In this document: one piece after another, positions 1-11,491 of the stretch
Layout of the letters: each line of letters starts with the position of its first letter
How positions within the stretch are numbered: the first letter of the stretch is position 1
DNA from: Leptogorgia sarmentosa
Taxonomy: Eukaryota
Direction of reading: 5' to 3'
Length of the DNA stretch: 64,000 nucleotides
NCBI GenBank assembly: GCA_964658305.1
Contig: OZ210885.1
Coordinates: 22,382,001-22,446,000, forward strand
Translations under genes and position numbers: made by a program
The notes under the pieces: model-generated
The model's input: only the letters and a program-made list of their open reading frames with translations
The model's database searches: none
Told to the model about the DNA's origin: nothing

Positions 1-228
1 TATCATAATACAACAAAACGTATAACAAACTGTCAAAAGTGAATGCTGTTTTCCTACATAAACTTTTATTCATTTGTATGAATACATAATTTATTTACCC
101 TATAAGTCTATGTTCAATACTGAACATTATAAACTGAAATATATAAATATAATATCAAGGCTAAGTTCATGGAAATAATTTCCCTATACTTAGCTGTTAA
201 TTACAGAACAGAACAAAGTTGTAATGAG

Positions 229-443
229 GTCAAAATGTGGTGAATGCTTTTCCTTCTGACCGAAATGCTGTGCGGATTGTGGTATTGAAGGAATCCTGAT
301 CCTGATCTTTTAGTGCACTTGGTATTGTAACTTCATTAGACATGTAGATGCAAACATTTCCATTGAATCAGTTGGTGTGACTGTAATTTTTTGCCATGGT
401 AATGTACCAAGTGCTGTTACAAATTTCATCAATGCCGATAGCT
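229..443 (-). pseudogene. C-terminal exon of a HECT-domain (G2E3-like) E3 ligase gene
   Basis: Minus-strand translation after the acceptor ttatacag reads LSALMKFVTALGTLPWQKITV...MFASTCLMKL, matching the HECT C-lobe with the catalytic Cys in ASTC. It contains a frameshift. Confidence 0.6.
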
Positions 444-1640
444 CTGTATAAGAATGTTATACATGTGAATTGGTATCATGCATAAATGATTTGGTGTAAT
501 AAACATGAAAATTATAATTCACGCTGGCGCGAACTAGCTGTAGATTGGGTCATTTCCGGTTGACTTCTATTATGCAATGCGCCCGGGATCGAGTTTGGGC
601 AAGAAAATCTGTGCTAACCCGCATTTCCTGTCTTTTAATGAGCCCTTGTAAGTACGGGTAATATGTAGCTGGAAATGGCGGGCAACAGGAAGGATCTATT
701 GAATGTGAGCTACACTATGATATGAATTTCGCCTGTGTTTTCGCCTCAAATCGTCTGATATTCATCTATGATTGAGAGCGAAATTGTGCCTCTTGGTGTG
801 CAAGATAATTCAAAGTAAGTCATTCAAGATATATTTGCGGGGTTTTGAAGATCAAATATAAAAATTCAAAATCATACGAATATTGTATGATATTTTTTCT
901 CATTAAAAATGTATTTATTCATGACCAGTCGTGCTTGACCAAAATTTTAAATCAATGCTTTTTCAGAGCACACGTAACAAGAAGTGTAGATTTAATCTTG
1001 GAGAATATCAACGAGTGAAAAAGCAAGTCATAGAGAGTGATTTACTAAAGAAGGCTCCAAATGAACAGAAAATCAAGGAATCCAGACTTCTGTTGCAAAA
1101 TCAAGAGGCTGAGCTCCAGGAAATTGCTAAGAAATTGCATTCTACTCAGGCACTTATATCGAAGAAAAAGCGAAAGGTATATATTTTCATGTATTATATA
1201 ATACAAAAGCCCACAGACACATCTTGGGGGGGGGGGGGGCATATTTATATATGTGCTAAATACTATGTTTTAATAATTAATACATTTCATTAGATTGATC
1301 AACTGAAGGAAAATGATTTAGTGGGCAACAGCATTGATTGTTCTAAGCCTGTGAAAAGATCGAGAAAGTCAAGCAGAATTTTGGACTCCTCTAGTGAGAA
1401 GTTGGACCTATCCAGATCACAACAAAGTAGAAGGAAACAAGACTGTCGCAGCTATGAAAACCATCCATTGTGGAACAGATATGAAGCCGGATGAAAGTTT
1501 AAAGTCTGTGAAGGATGGGTTATGGACAACTTTAATCGGAACATGTACAAATTCTGAGTTGTCATCCTATATATCGCAATCAAAATTGTGTACTGGAAGA
1601 ATTTTACCTAGCATCGTTAAGGACAAATGCAAAGAGTATA

Positions 1641-3514
1641 CCGGGTGTCCCAAAAAAAAGTACCTATTTTTAATTCAACAATAACTTATAAACGAACTAA
1701 AGAATTACAATCAAATAATCCATATTTAGTTGAGTAATGTCTAACTTAAAGTTTGATATATTACATATGAAGTTTGAACGAGTAGTTTCCGAGATATTCG
1801 CGTTTAAAGACACGGTAACGTTTTGAAATTTGTCAAAAATCAGCAAAAAATGGCCTGTTAAATTTGAATCAACAATACCGGTTCGTAACATGATTTCTTG
1901 TAACTTATTTTTTAGTTTTTTGAGAAAATGCGTTTTTTACTTGTTCTTATTCATCTGCAAATTGATGTCCACCAGCATCAACACACTTTCTTGCCCGTGT
2001 CAGCATGCCATTAAAAGACCTTTGAATCATGTGGCCGTCCAAATTGCGACATGACCTAACAATCGCCTCGCGAAGTTCTCCCAAGTTTTGAGGTTGTTGG
2101 TCTTGAGAAACTTCCCAAATCTGCTGCTTTAAATAGCCCCAGAGGAAGAAGTCACACACCGTCAGGTCAGGAGAGCGTGGAGGCCATGGCCAATCGCCGC
2201 GTTTACTCATAAGTCGACCAGGGAATTGTCCCTGTAGATATCGGATTGTTGCGTTGCTTGTGTGACACGAGGCGCCGTCCTGTTGCCACCACATTGAGTT
2301 TCTGTCAATGTTGTGCACTGGAAATTCTCTCTGAATCACGTTGTAGCGAATTATACGCATGTATTCTCTCGTATCGAGGTTTGCACGTGTAAAATGCGGA
2401 CCAAGAACAACGCCCTGTCTTGTCAGCCCAGCCCAGACCATCACTTGTTGTGCGCCTTGCATATGACCAACGTAATGGTCGTGTGGATGCCCATCACCAC
2501 GTGCTGCGTACTTCCTCACGTTTCGCGAGTTTATCTCGGAATTCAAGCTAAAGACAGCCTCGTCTGACACTATAAGCTTGTCAAGGAAATCGGGATTTTC
2601 GGCAACGGTGTTCAGGAGACGGTTGCAGAAAGCCAGGCGTTGTGCTGGGTCGCCGTGTCTGATTTTTTGCCTTCGAATTATCACGTACGGGTGAAATTTG
2701 ATGTCGAAGTGTACAATATGCTGGAATGTGCTACGGCTCAATCCTAGGCCATTTCTTCGACACGACCTATTCCCGTTGTCCAGGAGCGATTCACGTACTA
2801 ACTCGACGTTTTCTGCAGTTCGTCCCGTCCTTGGTCTGCCACTTCGTCCCTTGTTCAGGTCAAGACAACTACCTTCTTGTAGAAACTTGCGATAAGTTTT
2901 GACTACACTTCGTCTTGTAGGCCTCGGGTCGTTGTTCCATCGCTCATCCCATCGTCTTAAAACTTCATATGCGTTATTCGTTCTAGCATACTCTAAGCAA
3001 ACCCAAACTCTTTGATCTTTCGTCAAGCGAGGCATGTTTTATTGCAATATTAACTCAAGACGTTTGTCGCGATAACTTAAGAAGAACTACGTTTCTTGCT
3101 TGCGTTCGTAAGTTGGAATTTCATCAGGTCCCAAGAGACATAAAATAATGATGTAAAACTCAACAATAACTGAAAACTTACATGTTAAACCTTACAAATT
3201 CAGAAATGCGTTGTATGGACTTAACGCATTTTCTCAAAAAACTAAAAAATAAGTTACAAGAAACCATGTTACGAACCGGTATTGTTGATTCAAATTTAAC
3301 AGGCCATTTTTTGCTGATTTTTGACAAATTTCAAAACGTTACCGTGTCTTAAACGCGAATATCTCGGAAACTACTCGTTCAAACTTCATATGTAATATAT
3401 CAAACTTTAAGTTAGACATTACTCAACTAAATATGGATTATTTGATTGTAATTCTTTAGTTCGTTTATAAGTTATGTTGAATTAAAAATAGGTACTTTTT
3501 TTTGGGACACCCGG
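1641..3514 (-). mobile_element. Tc1/mariner DD41D (rosa/Visitor-type) transposon with long TIRs
   Basis: Near-identical TIRs of about 293 bp (1641-1934 and 3223-3514); TA TSD at 1639-1640 and 3515-3516. Confidence 0.95.
1947..3035 (-). CDS. Intact DD41D transposase, 362 aa
   Basis: Motifs SDEA, QQDGASCH and WPPRSPDLTVCDFFLWG, with 41 residues between the second and third Asp; N-terminal HTH-like region. Confidence 0.93.
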   Translation of the reverse strand: MPRLTKDQRVWVCLEYARTNNAYEVLRRWDERWNNDPRPTRRSVVKTYRKFLQEGSCLDLNKGRSGRPRTGRTAENVELVRESLLDNGNRSCRRNGLGLSRSTFQHIVHFDIKFHPYVIIRRQKIRHGDPAQRLAFCNRLLNTVAENPDFLDKLIVSDEAVFSLNSEINSRNVRKYAARGDGHPHDHYVGHMQGAQQVMVWAGLTRQGVVLGPHFTRANLDTREYMRIIRYNVIQREFPVHNIDRNSMWWQQDGASCHTSNATIRYLQGQFPGRLMSKRGDWPWPPRSPDLTVCDFFLWGYLKQQIWEVSQDQQPQNLGELREAIVRSCRNLDGHMIQRSFNGMLTRARKCVDAGGHQFADE

Positions 3515-6500
3515 TACAACCAGCCAATCGAACCAAATAAGAAGCATGCGTGTGCTGTACGAAAGGGGACTTATAGGAAAACGAAAGTATACAAGCATTC
3601 GTAACAGCTCTGATGTGGTTACTGCAACTGGAAACAAGAAGAAGAACAAAAAAGCAGAGATACTTCCAGGATGTGAAATTCCGAAAATCCTACCGTACAA
3701 GAATGTTACAAAAGTTATTAGAAGTATCAACATTGGGGAAGTCATTGGCCTGGAAAAGTTAGCCACTGAGCTTTCACTAACACCAGTGCCTGGAGTATAC
3801 CGACCATTAAAGCCATTTCTCCTTAGGCTGGCTGATCTCTACCTATTGGTTGATGAAAAAAATCCTTGCCTTCACTGGTTTAATAATGCAAAAAATGTCT
3901 TTCATGTAGCGGTTGGAGCAGATGGAGCACCTTTTGGTAAAGAGGACACTGCAACTGGTAAGTATTTCAATTTTCATTGCAAGTAAACTAACATTTGAGG
4001 ATGGATTATTGAATTAGCGAAAACTTGGCTTTATCAAATATCTTTTTTGCTGAAAATTAACCTGCCTTTAACAGATTGACCCGATTTGTGTGCATTCGTA
4101 CACACATACAAATTTATTGGTAATATTATTAATAACAACTTTGGTTGGGAACAAGTAGGTAAATCCCCCCCCCCCCCCCATCCCCTCCTCCAACAAAATT
4201 TAAACAGCAAAATTTGCAGGAAAGATTGAAACAAGGAAAATGTGGAAACTATTTTTAAAATTGGCCAAAGTTTGTGTTTTCTCTCAAACCTGAATACTTA
4301 AGCTTACCACTATATATGTAAATGTTGCAATAAAAGAACATTCTATTAAATTGTATTTTAGCATATTTGGTAAGCTTCCTTAATCTCCTGCAAGGGGTTC
4401 AAAGCTGTACCAACAACCACCTGCTTTTGGGGGCCGATTGTGCTGAAGACCATCCATTGATGATGAGCTATACTAAACGGCTAACTAAAGAAATGGAAGA
4501 GATGGAAGCAACGCACCTGAAAACCAAGAGAGGACATGAAGTGTCCTTCAAATTTGAGCTGGTACCTGCTGACCAGAAGTGGGTTGCACTCATGTCTGGA
4601 GAACTGAACAACGCAGCAACCTACTTCTCATCTTTCGCTGATGTCAGTAAAGATACCAAGAACACAATGGGTGGTTCAATTGGTAAGTCGGGAGGGACTT
4701 GGCAACCATGGGACTATAAGGGGAGACTTGAAATAGTTAAAAAAGTGGAAAAATTCAAGAAAACCCTAAAGGATCCGGTTGGCAAGCAAAGAGGTAAAGT
4801 TACTGCATTCATTGCAAGTAACAAGTCACAACAAGAATTTAGTCCACCTCTCGGAAAATATGTTGATTCCATTAAAGCTGAACCCCTACACTGTACAAAC
4901 AATGCATGGCAGAATTGGTTCACACTTGCTTTGGCAATAGCCATGCAGTTTACTAGTGAGAGCCTGCTCAAATCTGCAAAGTCACTGTCAGATTTGCCAA
5001 GTTCGTCTGCACTTTCTAAATTCATGGCATGTGTGAAAACTGCCGTAAAATGTGGACGATTATTCAAGAATTTCTCTAGATGGTTTGCTGAGAAGAGAAA
5101 GAGTGGTATTAACTATTGTTTCAGATTCACCGGATTAGAGTCAAAGAAATTTGCATGGAATTTTAGTTTCCTTGTCCAAGAATTGCTAAGTATTGATGGA
5201 ATTTCAGAACAAATTCAAGTTAAAATTCATGCTTTAGCGTTCGTTGCACTTCAACTGCGGGATTCTGCGGCAATTTACAGCAGAGTATCCATTGATGCAG
5301 ATTTAACTGAATTATTAGGTGTTAAATGCAAACAGTATTTCAATGCCAGTTGCTTGTTTTTTGGAGTAAATCCTTCTGTTTGGTCAATTGGTTATGCAAT
5401 TCCTTACCACACCAGACAGCTATTTGAAAGCACTGGGTTTGGTTTAGGACTGAACACGATGCAAGGGCGTGAGGCCAAGCACATTAAATTGGCAAGATAT
5501 ATCCAGAATACATGCAATGTCAAGAAGGACCAAAGATGGTGGATTGTGTTTTGGCATGAGTTTATTTCATTGGTTTGGCTGAGGGAGCTCGATCCGCTCA
5601 GCATTACTTATCATCAGAAATGTGAAACTAACCTTAACCAAACATATGTCCCAAGGAGGGTTTCATGCGCAACAGAGGATTACTGCAATTGCGGAAACAA
5701 GAAATCGAGAGAGCAGAGTAAATGTTCTATCTGTGACAGCACAATTATGCAGCTAATACGGCAGAGTGCTGTTAACCAAGGAGTTGTCAGTGACTTAAGA
5801 AAAATGTTATAAACTGTTATATATGTGTGTGTATTTGTTTTATAAAGTATGTTAAATTAAAATGATGCCTTGGAGCATCCTTCAATCAGTTTATTCGCAT
5901 TATTTATTTCATTTCGATTGACATTTTGTACCCACAAATCAGATATATTTACTAGTGCTTCAGAAAATCAGTACATGTTTAGTGGCATCTAAACTGCTCA
6001 TACTTACGCTCGACTGAGTGCATCGACGGTGACGTTATCCAGAGGCAATAATATGTACTGCAGTTTTCCTCAGTCCAAGTATGAATATATAATATATGTG
6101 TTTTATATGGCAATTTTAACTTCTGGGTCAAGTACATGCAAGCTTTCAAATTGATTGGCCACTGAGTACTAACATTGCATAATATATTTCAGAAATTGTA
6201 AAAGAGGTCCTGAAAAATATACTGATTAATTCCTAACAGACTGATTTTGTGTTTCTAACAAGCATAGATCAGTACTCTTAAAGCAAGTAGCCATCAAGAT
6301 CAGATGTCAAAAGTACCATGTATTATAAACTAAATTATTATAATTACAGCATTAGCCCTATAACCATTGATGCTCAACACTTTCCCTTAGCAATTGATGA
6401 GATTAACCACACTATATATATATGCATACATATGCAATATATGCTTTCTTTGCTGTTTCACTCTGTCTGACGCCAAACAACTGTTTTATTCATCAAAGAG

Positions 6501-6669
6501 AATGCGTTCAGGATCATTGGGTTGATATTGAAACTTTCAGTTTAATGATGCAAACTAACCCATTCACTGTTCAATATATAGTACTTATGCAAAGCCTACT
6601 GTCTACAGTGATAAGCCTATAAAAACACAACAGATTTACAATTCCATTTAGCTACAACTTTCTATTATT

Positions 6670-7356
6670 TCAATGTTGTGGTACCCCAAAAATATTCCAA
6701 TAGCCATAGTAAAAGTGCACTGAAAGTACCTCTGAGTTTTTATAATACTTCAATTTTAGTGGTTTATCACTGCTTATCACAACTTCAGACCTTTCCAATG
6801 ACCCTTCTACTGTGATTGGTAATCCCTTTCGGAACATATCTTCCTTGGGCAGGATCAGACTTTCAGCATTCATATAATCAAAAACAAAGCGTGCTTTCCT
6901 TATATTCTCGATCGAAATATCAACGCAGGCAATCGTTTCTTTGTAGGTATGGCCATAACTATTTCTTTGGATAATATGCTTGCAAATAATCTCAAATATT
7001 TCTCTTGGGATGTCCATAGTAAAATCACCTCGCCATGGCGAACAAATGTTGGCCGAAGATCGCAGCTTTCGACAAATTTTAGAATGTATCTTCTGAAGTG
7101 CATTTATGACCATACTTCTGCTGGCTACAAGGTGTTGAATTCCAGGTAATTTAACCGCAGGCTTCAAGTATTTCGCCTCCAAAACCGCTAAGGCTGCTTC
7201 TGCTTCACTGTAAAAGCGCGAAATGTTTTGATGTGCATCACTACTTTTCGTCTGGCAAAAATACTCATGTTTTTGCCGATTAAATAGCGCGTTTACTTCT
7301 TTTGTTGGCGGGCTATTTCTAAACAGATAACTGACAGCACTGCTGGAATTCGCCAT
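6670..7356 (-). CDS. Intact unknown 228-aa protein, second gene of the 520-7442 element
   Basis: Uninterrupted ORF starting at aaaATGGCG about 85 bp inside the right terminus, convergent with the transposase. No recognisable domain. Confidence 0.6.
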   Translation of the reverse strand: MANSSSAVSYLFRNSPPTKEVNALFNRQKHEYFCQTKSSDAHQNISRFYSEAEAALAVLEAKYLKPAVKLPGIQHLVASRSMVINALQKIHSKICRKLRSSANICSPWRGDFTMDIPREIFEIICKHIIQRNSYGHTYKETIACVDISIENIRKARFVFDYMNAESLILPKEDMFRKGLPITVEGSLERSEVVISSDKPLKLKYYKNSEVLSVHFYYGYWNIFGVPQH

Positions 7357-7446
7357 TTTGAATAATACAATCATTTTGCCGCTGATCTCATACTAACTGG
7401 AACGGCGAATGACACATTTTCCGGGGGTTTGGCGCCAGCGTGTTAC

Positions 7447-7881
7447 CAGGTTTTGACAAATTCATCAAATCGACACTTCAAATCAGGAACTTCAGGTTGA
7501 TACAAAAGTTTCCCCAGCACAGCTGTTGTGGATGGAAACTGACTTGGATTTTTCTTAATCTCCTCAAGGACTCCCAATACCTCTAGACCTTTGCAAAAAT
7601 TGTCAAGCATGACAGCTTTTTTAACCACCACATGGTAGAAAACAATAGCTTCTGCAATTTGCAGTTTATTTTCAACCTGAAGAAGAAATATTTCCACAAA
7701 ATAAAAATTATCAGATGCATATGTTGCATGTCATTGTGGTTAAAAAATTGCAATCACCATTAACTAAAAGAACATGCTCATACATTACACAGTGGTGATC
7801 TCACTTTCTTGAACCACTGCAAGGAAAGATTCAGTCCTGTTGAGCTCTTGAAGGTCTTTGGAACTGCCAGCTGAAATTAAC
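7447..7881 (-). pseudogene. Upstream exons of the HECT (G2E3-like) gene
   Basis: QIAEAIVFYHVVVKKAVMLDNFCKGLEVLGVLEEIKKNP resembles the HECT N-lobe/hinge. The donor GTAA at 7446-7443 abuts the transposon end. Confidence 0.55.
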
Positions 7882-8513
7882 TATAAGTGAACAATTATAT
7901 TGTAAGTACCGTATTATATAATTATGTTTTCTTAAAAATAACATACATTATTTTTTTCCGGTCTGTAACTCCCGGTCCGTAACCTAAATAGAGCTTTCTG
8001 ATTGGTTCTTTGATTCTTGTAGATACATATATAGTCAGTGTTTTTGTTTTTTTAAATTGAATGGCTGCTTTTTAAAACATTCAAAACGAATTTAGGTGAT
8101 AAAGAACACATGAAAGTTCATTTTATTATGCTAAGGGATATTTTAGGGGGTATTTACAGCGACAAAAACTCATAAGTATCAACAAAGTCTCATCAGTATG
8201 AACAAAACAAAACATTCTCGGCGAAATATTTCGGTGTCTAAAGCGTATTTTTACCATGTTTGTATTGTGAAACGAACGGGAAAATACATAATTTTAATAT
8301 GTTTACCTTTTTCGTAGTAATGTTGAGTGGAAAAGCGTCATTATTGAAGCAAATGCGTCAATATTGAAGGGTTTTTTCTCACTTCGTCTTGGCTGTTTAG
8401 CAGCCATACTTGCGATAGAGTAGCAAAGTAAACAAACAAACTGATCTCAAAATTTAGTTCGCAACACTGGAATTTTTGACGAATTTGATCACAACATTGA
8501 GGAGAAAAAAAAA

Positions 8514-8652
8514 GTTATTTACCATTTAGGTCGGTCCGTACTGGAAAATATTTTGTCTCGGTCTCAAAAACGTCCCTCGGCCTTCGGCCTCGGGCTGTTT
8601 TTGAGACTCGACAAAATAGTTTCCAGCACGGACCTCCCAGCTGGTAAATAAC
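8514..8652. repeat. Palindromic (foldback) MITE-like hairpin
   Basis: GTTATTTACCA...TGGTAAATAAC with a long imperfect stem centred on CTCGGCCTTCGGCCTCGG. Confidence 0.7.
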
Positions 8653-8764
8653 ATATATATATCCAGTAGCATATTTTATACCTTGCCCAGAATGTTCCTC
8701 TTCTCTGAATGATTAACATCGTGTATTGAAGCATATGCTGAAGCTTTTTGCAGATTGCCAGTGG

Positions 8765-9118
8765 CAATGTAGTAGAAATGTGAGGGAGCTAAGTGAGGAA
8801 AACCACCACATCTGTGGTGCGACTACCGAAATTCAAATTGGAAGTTGCCAGGAAAGGGTTTTATTTCCAAGGAGCTATAGCTTTTAATAAACTGCCTTTA
8901 CATGTTCGCCAAATAAACTCCATTGTACATTTTAAAAATGCTCTTCAGCAAATGAACAGTTTTTAGACATTGAGATCATTATATGTTTAGTATTGTATGT
9001 ACAGTATAGCATATTAACATTTTTATATATAGATTTTTAAGCTTAGTATTACAGGACCCTTTGTGATAGCAGTATTTAGTTATATTGAATAAGGTTTTAT
9101 CCTGTATAAATAAAGTTT

Positions 9119-9149
<31 letters not shown>

Positions 9150-9150
9150 C
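8765..9150 (+). mobile_element. 3' end of a CR1/L2-group LINE
   Basis: Encodes LPKFKLEVARKGFYFQGAIAFNKLP, then a 3' UTR with AATAAA and an (AAT)n tail. Confidence 0.7.
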
Positions 9151-9710
9151 ACCATGTCAAATGCTTTAGCAACATTGAAATACAAGATATCTGTTTGTTT
9201 CCCTGAATCCAGGTTTTCACTGATGTGGTCTTAAACGGAAATGAGCTGACCTGTGCAAGAGTTTCCTCGTAGAAAACCATGCTGTGCAACGGATATCATG
9301 TTCTCCATATGGCCAATCAAACGGTTGTAAATACAACATTCTAAAACTTTTGCAACAACGCACATGAGGGAAATTGGTCTTTAATTCTCAACAAAACTCT
9401 TGATTCCTTTTTTATGAAGAGGGATGATGTTGGACAGTTTCCATTCTGATGGTAGGGAGGCCTGCTTTAAGGATTTGTTGAAGAGACATGTTAATGATGG
9501 TGTGATGGAGTGCACACATTCTTTTAGTAAGCAGATTGGTATATTATCTGGACCAGATGCTTTACTTGGATAGAGACAGTTAAGAACGTCATATACTTCA
9601 CTTGGGACTAATATAATGTCTGAAATAATCTCTTCACATACAGGTGTACTGGGGATTGAAATGTCATCACTGATGGAGTCATTTTTTAGATCGGGTGTAG
9701 CCCTGGGAGC
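9151..9710 (-). mobile_element. CR1/L2-group LINE reverse transcriptase fragment
   Basis: KASGPDNIP...LFNKSL...PSEWKLSNIIPLHKKG...RPISL...AQHGFLRGNSC and YFNVAKAFD motifs, with stop codons. Confidence 0.85.
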
Positions 9711-11491
9711 CATTAGAATAATAAATCATATGCATATAGAATATGTAATCAAGCTGTGAGAGAATAAAAGGTGATAATCAGAGAGACACTGAAGCAGAAC
9801 GAACGACCTCGTGTTGAAGTAGAACCATCATGTTCATATAGTAGTAGATATCATGTTCTCCATATGGCCAATCAAACGGTTGTAAATACAACATTCTAAA
9901 ACTTTTGCAACAACGCACATGAGGGAAATTGGTCTTTAATTCTCAACAAAACTCTTGATTCCTTTTTTATGAAGAGGGATGATGTTGGACAGTTTCCATT
10001 CTGATGGTAGGGAGGCCTGCTTTAAGGATTTGTTGAAGAGACATGTTAATGATGGTGTGATGGAGTGCGCACATTCTTTTAGTAAGCGGATTGGTATATT
10101 ATCTGGACCAGATGCTTTACTTGGATAGAGACAGTTAAGAACGTCATATACTTCACTTGGGACTAATATAATGTCTGAAATAATCTCTTCACATACAGGT
10201 GTACTGGGGATTGAAATGTCATCACTGATGGAGTCATTTTTTAGACCGGGTGTAGCCCTGGGAGCCATTAGAATAATAAATCATATGCATATAGAATATG
10301 TAATCAAGCTGTGAGAGAATAAAAGGTGATAATCAGAGAGACACTGAAGCAGAACGAACGACCTCGTGTTGAAGTAGAACCATCATGTTCATATAGTGGT
10401 AGATATCATGTTCTCCATATGGCCAATCAAACGGTTGTAAATACAACATTCTAAAACTTTTGCAACAACGCACATGAGGGAAATTGGTCTTTAATTCTCA
10501 ACAAAACTCTTGATTCCTTTTTTATGAAGAGGGATGATGTTGGACAGTTTCCATTCTGATGGTAGGGAGGCCTGCTTTAAGGATTTGTTGACGAGACATG
10601 TTAATGATGGTGTGATGGAGTGCGCACATTCTTTTAGTAAGCGGATTGGTATATTATCTGGACCAGATGCTTTACTTGGATAGAGACAGTTAAGAACGTC
10701 ATATACTTCACTTGGGACTAATATAATGTCTGAAATAATCTCTTCACATACAGGTGTAGTGGGGATTGAAATGTCATCACTGATGGAGTCATTTTTTAGA
10801 CCGGGTGTAGCCCTGGGAGCCATTAGAATAATAAATCATATGCATATAGAATATGTAATCAAGCTGTGAGAGAATAAAAGGTGATAATCAGAGAGACACT
10901 GAAGCAGAACGAACGACCTCGTGTTGAAGTAGAACCATCATGTTCATATAGTAGTAGATATCATGTTCTCCATATGGCCAATCAAACGGTTGTAAATACA
11001 ACATTCTAAAACTTTTGCAACAACGCACATGAGGGAAATTGGTCTTTAATTCTCAACAAAACTCTTGATTCCTTTTTTATGAAGAGGGATGATGTTGGAC
11101 AGTTTCCATTCTGATGGTAGGGAGGCCTGCTTTAAGGATTTGTTGAAGAGACATGTTAATGATGGTGTGATGGAGTGCGCACATTCTTTTAGTAAGCGGA
11201 TTGGTATATTATCTGGACCAGATGCTTTACTTGGATAGAGACAGTTAAGAACGTCATATACTTCACTTGGGACTAATATAATGTCTGAAATAATCTCTTC
11301 ACATACAGGTGTAGTGGGGATTGAAATGTCATCACTGATGGAGTCATTTTTTAGACCGGGTGTAGCCCTGGGAGCCATTAGAATAATAAATCATATGCAT
11401 ATAGAATATGTAATCAAGCTGTGAGAGAATAAAAGGTGATAATCAGAGAGACACTGAAGCAGAACGAACGACCTCGTGTTGAAGTAGAACC
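9292..11491. repeat. Tandem array of about four near-identical 555-bp units
   Basis: Units start at 9292, 9847, 10402 and 10957; each contains the same 110-aa RT fragment ORF. Confidence 0.97.

Larger units (their letters stand above)
967..5812 (+). pseudogene. Multi-exon Transib/RAG1-like DDE transposase, disrupted by a mariner insertion and a frameshift near 1440
   Basis: Approximate exons are 967-1177, 1294-3957 (minus the insert) and 4361-5812. Motifs AVGADGAPFGK, VPADQKW, AEPLHCTNN and MQGREAKH occur in the order of RAG1/Transib D..D..LH..E. Removing 1641-3516 restores KCKEYTTSQSNQIRSMRVLY in frame. Confidence 0.6.
520..7442 (+). mobile_element. DNA transposon with CAC...GTG termini, 2-bp TT TSD, a Transib/RAG1-like transposase and a convergent second gene
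   Basis: Left end CACGCTGGCGCGAAC; reverse complement of right end CACGCTGGCGCCAAAC. TT lies on both sides. The flanks rejoin into one intron of the HECT gene. Confidence 0.75.

Noticed and set aside
1225..1239. Poly-G run here and poly-C run near 4164
   Set aside because: Intronic homopolymers with no supportable function.
6670..7374. RAG2-like identity for the convergent ORF
   Set aside because: It is too short, with no kelch GG repeats or PHD finger visible.
9381..11378. Four 110-aa ORFs as a gene family
   Set aside because: They are copies of one truncated LINE RT fragment produced by the tandem duplication.
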